From assembly GCA_035317445.1 (NCBI GenBank), contig DATHGW010000153.1:1-49886 (forward strand): a stretch of 49,886 nt of DNA. Reading direction: 5' to 3'. The position numbers and the translations under genes were made by a program. The stretch comes from Puia sp. (GTDB lineage: Bacteria > Bacteroidota > Bacteroidia > Chitinophagales > Chitinophagaceae). Positions within the stretch are counted from its first letter, which is position 1, and each line of letters begins with the position of its first letter. Positions 9,514 through 15,755 of the stretch are shown piece after piece. The notes under the pieces are model-generated. The model ran no database searches, was not told where the DNA came from, and was given only the letters and a program-made list of their open reading frames with translations.

Positions 9514-9545
9514 AAGGGTTTTAGCCAAATACCTAAGACCTTTTT
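9514..9545 (+). terminator. Hairpin plus T-tract after the tRNA fragment
   Basis: AAGGGTTTTAG-N8-CTAAGACCTTT followed by Ts. Confidence 0.5.
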
Positions 9546-9649
9546 ACTTTCATGCATTGACAAAAGACATACAATGAAGGATTATATGCTGTAACCCTGT
9601 TCTAGCTCCAGACGCGCAGCATTTCGAAAGTACTGTTAATCTAAAAACG

Positions 9650-10687
9650 CTATAACGCGCTGATCATCTGCCAGCTTTTAAGATAGCCTTCCGTTATCGT
9701 TTCGCATTCAAATCCATGCAATTGCTCAATATACAACTGTGTAGTTCCGGCGCTTGCTAAGGCTGCATCAATTCGTCCTAAATCAGACCACCCATTTGTT
9801 GTCGGGTTGGGAACCAGAACGGACGCAAGAATTCTGCACCCACTCTCCTTATCGGTAAGAACCATGTTTACAAAATAAGTGCGAAGATCCAAGGGAGTTT
9901 TTATATAGCAGAGTCCGAGCGGGATTTTTTGATCCTGTGTAAACTTTAGGCCGTCGCCAATAAAATGAATTGCATTGGTTACCGGGTATTCAATTTCCCC
10001 AGTAATAACCTTATGCATTAACCGCGCGTTCTCATTAAATGCAAAATCATATCCCCAGTAGTCAAAACAAAAAAGGAATGCTGATTTTACCAGTGCACGA
10101 ATGACATCCTTTTCTGACGCATTCGGTATTGTTACTGTCATTGTCCAGTTTGGATTTGGATCATCTTTGCTTTCTTCAATCCATTCGTCCAAAGGTTTAG
10201 CCTTTACCTGGTCATTCGCCTTGAGTTGTATTTCCAGCTTCCCGTCTTTATCAATGATAAACTTGCCTCCTTTGTATGTACCGGCAACACCTGAGATGCT
10301 TGACCTAATATTCCTGGACGCGGAGGGCGTGCCCTTATCAAAAGCTACCTGGCGAACCTTTTCTTTAAGAGCATTTTCGAATTCATGCCCTGCCGTGCTG
10401 TTGCATTTTTCGCATGTATGGACGGAGAATTTCAACGCGCTGCCTACCGATTGCTGTGGAAAATGATCGGGAGTAAAATTCATACTCGCTGGCTTGCCGA
10501 TACCAGGCATTAGTAAGATCAACTCTTTTAAGCAAAGAGGACAAATGTATAAAAAGTATGGGGGTTTGTTTACTGGATCGATGCCTAGAACGGGTAAATA
10601 CTCCGGTTCATACTTGACCAATGAAGGAAAGAATCTTTTAACATGGTGAGCGATTACATGATCGCTGACATTGGATTGTGTTAACAT
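9650..10687 (-). CDS. HNH-like endonuclease domain protein
   Basis: ICPLC...DHFPQQSVG...TCEKCNSTAG zinc/HNH pattern. ATG 10687 preferred to TTG 10756. Confidence 0.7.
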   Translation of the reverse strand: MLTQSNVSDHVIAHHVKRFFPSLVKYEPEYLPVLGIDPVNKPPYFLYICPLCLKELILLMPGIGKPASMNFTPDHFPQQSVGSALKFSVHTCEKCNSTAGHEFENALKEKVRQVAFDKGTPSASRNIRSSISGVAGTYKGGKFIIDKDGKLEIQLKANDQVKAKPLDEWIEESKDDPNPNWTMTVTIPNASEKDVIRALVKSAFLFCFDYWGYDFAFNENARLMHKVITGEIEYPVTNAIHFIGDGLKFTQDQKIPLGLCYIKTPLDLRTYFVNMVLTDKESGCRILASVLVPNPTTNGWSDLGRIDAALASAGTTQLYIEQLHGFECETITEGYLKSWQMISAL

Positions 10688-10733
10688 TATGGGTGGATTT
10701 TTGTTAGTGCAAATTACTGAAAAAGGGATTTCG

Positions 10734-11182
10734 TTACTTAAACATCTTATTAACAATGGCCGTGATTATCACACCCAGGATGAAACTTATGGCTGCTCAG
10801 TGCCGCTTTGGTTTTGTCTCTCGTGATACAGCTCGGTGAGAATGGCTTGCGCGTTCTTAAGGTCTTTATCTAAGTCTTTATTGTTAACCTACTTCCTAAG
10901 TAAATTGTTTTGTAGTTCTACATTCTCCATTTTAAGAATCGCTAATGCAGATTTAGATGCAAAGAATTTTCGGATTCACATTTTAGCAACGATGCGCCCA
11001 GCTTCTGTTAGGTCGGTGATTGAATTTATCCCGCCCCAACATTTAATTAATCCATGATTTTCCAATATCTGTAACGCATATCAGGCATAGTGGAGAGAAT
11101 GTAAAACATTGAGATTCTTTTTCTTAGGCAACTAAAATTGTGTTATTTTGTTTAGAATGTCTTGCAAAATGTCCTTTTTTTC
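10734..11182 (-). pseudogene. Decayed gene (wHTH-like, coiled coil, C-terminal TM) cut by the IS
   Basis: KKDILQDILNKITQF*...ALQILENHGLIK...DLTEAGRIVAKM*...LQNNLLRK*... then frameshifted AAISFILGVIITAIVNKMFK-stop. A possible ATG lies at 15638, beyond the IS. Confidence 0.4.
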
Positions 11183-11201
11183 GGGAGTGTCTCAGTTTGA
11201 A
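11183..11201 (+). repeat. Left terminal inverted repeat of the IS1-family element
   Basis: GGGAGTGTCTCAGTTTGAA, preceded by TSD TTTTTTTC. Confidence 0.9.
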
Positions 11202-11204
11202 ATT

Positions 11205-11459
11205 TTATTTAATCGGAATAGGGAAGAGGCCATTGAAATGGCAGTAATCAATAAATTCAGTAATTAATTTATCCATTCCTAATGCGTCTTTTCTATTTGT
11301 GACACGGAATGTAAGAAGCCATGACCCTACTCTCATGCATAATTCTCCCCCGGTAGAACTGGCTAATACCTCATTATGAAGTGATTGTAATTCAATGGTA
11401 AGATTATTTTCAGATAGAAAATCCTGAAGATCTTTCAATATATCTAAATGATAGCGCAT
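11205..11459 (-). CDS. Hypothetical protein, third gene of the Panacea operon
   Basis: 84 aa; 1 nt from the upstream stop; ends 3 nt from the TIR. Confidence 0.65.
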   Translation of the reverse strand: MRYHLDILKDLQDFLSENNLTIELQSLHNEVLASSTGGELCMRVGSWLLTFRVTNRKDALGMDKLITEFIDYCHFNGLFPIPIK

Positions 11460-11460
11460 A

Positions 11461-11862
11461 TTAGATTATTCCAAACTTTTTCTTATCGGCAGGTGGAATC
11501 GTTTTTGCTCTTCTAATAATATCCAAAATAGATTCAATTCTTTCGGCAGTAAGAGGTGGTTTTTGTATTCTACCTGGCTCTTTTTGTAAAAGAGTGTTAA
11601 GATCACTCTTAGGCCTTTCAAATATTTCAGAGCAATCGGCATAGGACTCATCTTCGTCCAAATATGGGCATTCAGTATGAACTATCGGGTAGTGGAGAGC
11701 CTGAAGATTAGCAGAATTTAGATGATTTGGATTGACTTCGCTATTAATAAATATAAAGCCCACCGAATCACTGCTGCTTCCCACAATAATTACATATTTA
11801 ACCTTGGGGTTTGGGCGCGCTTCCTCCGCAAAAATCCTTATGACAGTACCAACCTTAAACAA
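11461..11862 (-). CDS. Putative toxin (PemK/MazF-like fold) paired with a Panacea antitoxin
   Basis: KVGTV..., KVKYVIIVG, FIFINSE, YLDEDESYADCSEI layout resembles PemK-like proteins; 6 nt downstream of the DUF4065 gene. Confidence 0.55.
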   Translation of the reverse strand: MFKVGTVIRIFAEEARPNPKVKYVIIVGSSSDSVGFIFINSEVNPNHLNSANLQALHYPIVHTECPYLDEDESYADCSEIFERPKSDLNTLLQKEPGRIQKPPLTAERIESILDIIRRAKTIPPADKKKFGII

Positions 11863-11868
11863 GCGAGT

Positions 11869-12447
11869 CTATTTTAAATCAAGTCTTCTATTTTCCATGC
11901 GTGTTGAAATATACTTTAGCAACTCTTCGTTAGCCCCTCCTGCTTTCGCAATTTCAAAGATGGAAATTGTATCTTCCTTATCTGCTGATTTCCATGCTTC
12001 GTCGTGAGACTTTTCTTTCAAAATACCGAATGTTAGATTTTTATTTTCTGCTATTGAAAATTTTAAGCATTCAATTTCTGATTCTGAAAATATATCATAA
12101 TCATATTTTGGCTCAAGCAAATGAACATAGTGATTATTACTAACTTCAAAATCCTTGGATAAATCTACATCTATACTAAATAAAGAATCCCCCCTTAAAA
12201 CTTTCAATAAATCATAAGTATTCGATGGAACTGGGCCAGCTTGCATTGCGACATACCTGTCCCCTAAAATTGATCTCCCATAAAGAGCTAAATGCTTTTT
12301 TTCAGCGAAATAAAGAATCTTGAAAAGTTTGTGGAATCCGGCAGTGTGGGTTTCCATGTCCAGCAAGATTAATTTTATGGCTGAAATAGCTTTATCAATA
12401 TTGAACGATGATTTTCTTAACATTTTAGCTTTGAGGCGATTGTGCAT
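11869..12447 (-). CDS. Panacea-domain (DUF4065/SocA-family) antitoxin
   Basis: KLFKILYFAEKKHLALYGRSILGDRYVAMQAGPVPS, FSESE, LKEKSHDEAW. Start could be 12423. Confidence 0.88.
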   Translation of the reverse strand: MHNRLKAKMLRKSSFNIDKAISAIKLILLDMETHTAGFHKLFKILYFAEKKHLALYGRSILGDRYVAMQAGPVPSNTYDLLKVLRGDSLFSIDVDLSKDFEVSNNHYVHLLEPKYDYDIFSESEIECLKFSIAENKNLTFGILKEKSHDEAWKSADKEDTISIFEIAKAGGANEELLKYISTRMENRRLDLK

Positions 12448-12506
12448 TCAAAACTAAGCAAAAAATACCATTACTCTAAATTTCACAATATATCAGATAG
12501 TTATTT

Positions 12507-13331
12507 TCAACATAGATTAACAATGTCTTCAATAGTCATTAACTTCTTAATCAAGCCAGCTTCCATTGCGGGAGGCACTCTTAACGTTTTATGAATCTTT
12601 ACGAAATTGTAATAGACAAAGTGCAGCGCAATAGCATAACAATGGTTCTCTATTTTTTTTGAAAAGGCATTGGTAAGCCGGGTAAAACGGCGCATGTGCA
12701 TCCGCATCGTCAGGTTTTGCCTTTCCACGTAAGAGGTAGAAATATGCTTAGGATCGGGATTGCCTGAAATAACCGTTTTGTCACAGCCTATACATTCAGC
12801 GGGGCTGTATTTCTTTTCCGCGTTGCCCCCGCCCCCCGGTTTACCGTATATCTTTTGCAACGTGGCGTAATCAATATAGCTACCGAACGCTTCCGTAACG
12901 GCTTCTAAATAGGCATAATGCCCATCGGAGGTTAACTGTACCCTGTTCTTTAACCGGGATGCCACATCGTTCATAAAACATACGGCGGTGTCTACACTAC
13001 GATCCCCAACCAGCCATGACATTACGAGCTTGGTATCTGCATCAATGGCCGTCCATGTCCAGACGTCCCCTGCTTCATCTTCCATGCCTTGCGGGACATT
13101 CTTTTGCTTGCTGTAGACAAACGACCAAATTTCATCACACTGCACCCTCTTAGCGGAAATCCCCCGGACTGTTTCCTCATGGAATTTCTGACAGGCCCGG
13201 CCAACATCAACAAGGAGCTTTGTAACCGTATTGATTGAAACGTCTGCGATCCGGGAACAGGATCTAAGGCTGTTTCCTTCTACTAATAAATTAATTATTT
13301 GCACTCTTTTATCTATTGGCAGCTTGTTCAT
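12507..13331 (-). CDS. IS1-family DDE transposase (single ORF, N-terminal HTH)
   Basis: EGNSLRSCSRIADVSINTV HTH; QCDEIWSFV, WTWTAIDADTKL, TSDG, VERQNLTMR, RLTNAFSKK. Start ATG 13331 (MNKLP) preferred. Confidence 0.9.
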   Translation of the reverse strand: MNKLPIDKRVQIINLLVEGNSLRSCSRIADVSINTVTKLLVDVGRACQKFHEETVRGISAKRVQCDEIWSFVYSKQKNVPQGMEDEAGDVWTWTAIDADTKLVMSWLVGDRSVDTAVCFMNDVASRLKNRVQLTSDGHYAYLEAVTEAFGSYIDYATLQKIYGKPGGGGNAEKKYSPAECIGCDKTVISGNPDPKHISTSYVERQNLTMRMHMRRFTRLTNAFSKKIENHCYAIALHFVYYNFVKIHKTLRVPPAMEAGLIKKLMTIEDIVNLC

Positions 13332-13351
13332 AGAGTAAAGGTAAGTGATAT

Positions 13352-13369
13352 TTCTTGAACGGTCAAGCA
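13352..13369 (-). promoter_or_regulatory. 18-bp palindromic operator/promoter upstream of the transposase
   Basis: TTCTTGAACGGTCAAGCA, 20 nt from the ATG; sister copy at 15576-15593. Confidence 0.6.
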
Positions 13370-13476
13370 TTTAGTTCAGTTTATTTTATTACAGTGTAAA
13401 CTTACATTTTTTTTGTTACATACGTTGTAAATTAGTACCTTAGCTTCGCCATCAAAAATGCAGGCATACATTTCTT

Positions 13477-14670
13477 ATGTCCGACAACCTTTTTAATATA
13501 GACGATTTACTAAATAACGCCCTTAAGCGGGAAGAACTTAAGGATTTGTTTGACAAGAAGTTACTGGAATTAAAACTCAACAAAACCAATGTCCAAGCGA
13601 TATTGGGTATATCCTACCGCACCCTCGATGGGATATTAGATGGTACGCAAAAATTAGTTGATGTCACAAACCTTGTCAAGCTTTCAGACTTTCTTCAGAT
13701 ACCAAAAGAAAAAGTCTTCCAGCTTTATTTAGATTCTTTGCAAAAAAAATTTCATACTTCTAATTCATCCCCGCAAAAAATAAAATATATCAAAGATAAC
13801 TTCAACCTGCCAGTCCTAAAAAAAGCGGGGCTAATTCATAGCTTGACAAATTTTGATCACATTGAAAAGCGAATTAATGCAAGGTTGGGTTTCAAATCAA
13901 TATATGAGTATAAAAAGCCAAATGTGGATGTAGCTTTTAGCTCTGGATTATTTAAGCCAAAAAATTTGGACACACGGTTATTCTGGATAAGAACTGCTAT
14001 CTGCACGTTTGAGGAACTTGACAATCCACATGAATATAAAAGGGAAGCATTAATAAAATATTTTCCTCAAATTCGGTGGCATACTTTGAACGAGGAACGT
14101 GGATTATCAGAAGTCATTAAGGCGTTATATAAAATAGGTATTACGGTAATTTATCAGCCTCCACTTCAGGGACTTCAGCTAAGAGGTGCAACGTTTAATA
14201 TTAATAATAAACCTTGTATTGTATTAACAAATTATCAGAATTACTATTCTACACTTTGGTTTTGTTTGTTGCACGAGCTTTATCATATACTCTTTGACCT
14301 TGATGACATAAAAAACAACTCCTACCACTTAACTGACGACGATAACGAAGAGCTCACAGTACAAGAAAGGGAAAAATATGCAGATGATTTTGCTAGGGGC
14401 TACTTGTTTTCATCGGAAAAATTAGCGGCTGTCAAATCTTATATGAATGATCCCATTTATTTGCAGGAAATCGCCAATGAAAATCATGTTCACCGAAGCA
14501 TAATCTATGCATTCAATGCTTTCACATCTAAGGATCGCAAGGCCTGGGCAAGAGCAAAAAGGTATTCACCACCTGTTGAGAAAACTGTCCGTGACATTGA
14601 TTATAGTTGGGCAGAAGAAAGACCGTTTGAGGAAATGATTAGTGAACAAAAACAACTAACTTACAATTAA
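13477..14670 (+). CDS. XRE-HTH + ImmA/IrrE metallopeptidase protein
   Basis: N-terminal HTH (KTNVQAILGISYRTLDGIL); LRGATF, LWFCLLHELYH (HExxH), EKYADDFA. Confidence 0.85.
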   Translation: MSDNLFNIDDLLNNALKREELKDLFDKKLLELKLNKTNVQAILGISYRTLDGILDGTQKLVDVTNLVKLSDFLQIPKEKVFQLYLDSLQKKFHTSNSSPQKIKYIKDNFNLPVLKKAGLIHSLTNFDHIEKRINARLGFKSIYEYKKPNVDVAFSSGLFKPKNLDTRLFWIRTAICTFEELDNPHEYKREALIKYFPQIRWHTLNEERGLSEVIKALYKIGITVIYQPPLQGLQLRGATFNINNKPCIVLTNYQNYYSTLWFCLLHELYHILFDLDDIKNNSYHLTDDDNEELTVQEREKYADDFARGYLFSSEKLAAVKSYMNDPIYLQEIANENHVHRSIIYAFNAFTSKDRKAWARAKRYSPPVEKTVRDIDYSWAEERPFEEMISEQKQLTYN

Positions 14671-14675
14671 TAAAA

Positions 14676-15314
14676 ATGAAAGAGCCAGACGTTACAAAAA
14701 AAGTGGATGAAAATTCCAAACCTTCAGTTAATCCTAAAAAGATTGTTGAAATCAGTCCTGAATCTGCCGAGGAAAGAAGATTACTTACCGATTTTCTACT
14801 TGATGACGTAGAACAATTAACAAAAGAAAGAAATAGAAGAAAAGAACAGTTTGAAGAAGAACCATTTGAATTGCGCGGCGGTACAGTAGTAACGAGATTA
14901 GGTATTAAACTCTTTGTACAATCTCTTAAACGTCCATATACAGCTATTTTCCCAAATAAAAATCGGTTTTTCAAAAATATGTTTCGATTACATCCCCATC
15001 TTATGAAACACGACTATGAGAAATATGAAAAGCCATATCTCGCGGGCAAGTTGTTGAAAAAACTCACATACGATCGCTTCTCCACAGATTTTTCACAAGA
15101 GGTTTTAGCCACTTTAATTGTTTTTGCGATGCCTGATGGCATAAGGCTGTTTAAATGCCATGAGTTTTTAACAAAAGATGGTGTAAAAGCAATAACTAAG
15201 TTTAGAAACCAAGCTAATAGGATGATGGATAAATATAAAGATGGCCAATGGTATGAATTTTTGAAAGAATTTTCAGAGAAGTACAAGAAAGTTTTTCAAC
15301 CGGAAATATTTTAA
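14676..15314 (+). CDS. P63C-like domain protein
   Basis: YTAIFP..FFKNMFRL...KPYLAGKLLKKLTYDRF...EVL..L...CHEFLT follows the P63C pattern as recalled. Confidence 0.55.
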   Translation: MKEPDVTKKVDENSKPSVNPKKIVEISPESAEERRLLTDFLLDDVEQLTKERNRRKEQFEEEPFELRGGTVVTRLGIKLFVQSLKRPYTAIFPNKNRFFKNMFRLHPHLMKHDYEKYEKPYLAGKLLKKLTYDRFSTDFSQEVLATLIVFAMPDGIRLFKCHEFLTKDGVKAITKFRNQANRMMDKYKDGQWYEFLKEFSEKYKKVFQPEIF

Positions 15315-15553
15315 CTGTTTTTATTCCATCTTGCAGCAGCAGCTTTTTTAGCTATTTCTGATCGCCGCTTTGCCGTTAATGATTTTGCTCTTGCTTTCCC
15401 TCCCTTCAGGCCGCCTTTTCGCCCTAATGCAGCCGCAGCCGCCTTAATTCCATCTTGTTCGCTAACTTTACTATTAGCTTCGCCGGTAACAATATCGAGG
15501 ATTGATTTTGCCCGCTTGTTAACGTCAGCTGGTAATTTTGCTTTCTTTGCCAT
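15311..15553 (-). CDS. Small basic (histone H1-like) protein typical of this IS1 subgroup
   Basis: LPADVNKRAKSILD, AAAALGRKGGLKGGKARAKSLTAKRRSEIAKKAAAARW; next to the TIR. Confidence 0.8.
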   Translation of the reverse strand: MAKKAKLPADVNKRAKSILDIVTGEANSKVSEQDGIKAAAAALGRKGGLKGGKARAKSLTAKRRSEIAKKAAAARWNKNS

Positions 15554-15557
15554 ATAG

Positions 15558-15593
15558 CAAATATACAAAACGGATTGCTTATCCGGTCAAGCA
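15558..15593 (-). promoter_or_regulatory. Bacteroidota sigma-A promoter with overlapping palindrome
   Basis: Minus strand TGCTTGACCGGATAAGCA...TATATTTG (TAnnTTTG -7 box), 4 nt before ATG 15553. Confidence 0.6.
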
Positions 15594-15598
15594 TCAAA

Positions 15599-15617
15599 TT
15601 CAAACTGAGACACTACC
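15599..15617 (-). repeat. Right terminal inverted repeat of the IS1-family element
   Basis: Reverse complement GGTAGTGTCTCAGTTTGAA, followed by TSD TTTTTTTC. Confidence 0.9.
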
Positions 15618-15755
15618 TTTTTTTCGATAAAGGCTCATGCAGGTGTTTCACGAAAGTGCTTGGAAGTCTTGGATTATTTTGGTGGGAATAACGCACGAAC
15701 ACCTGAGTCGAATCCTAGAATACTTAGTAATTCTTTTATCAGGAAAAAATATAGA

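Larger units (their letters stand above)
11183..15617 (-). mobile_element. IS1-family element with passenger genes (4435 bp)
   Basis: TIRs GGGAGTGTCTCAGTTTGAA (11183-11201) and TTCAAACTGAGACACTACC (15599-15617), 18/19 match. Flanking direct repeat TTTTTTTC at 11175-11182 and 15618-15625. Internal IS1-type transposase. Confidence 0.9.

Noticed and set aside
9632-9642. ACTGTTAATCT as a second tRNA-Asn anticodon fragment
   Set aside because: Only 11 AT-rich bases with no T-arm; chance is likely.
10836-11057. 73-aa plus-strand ORF
   Set aside because: Antisense shadow of the decayed minus-strand gene.
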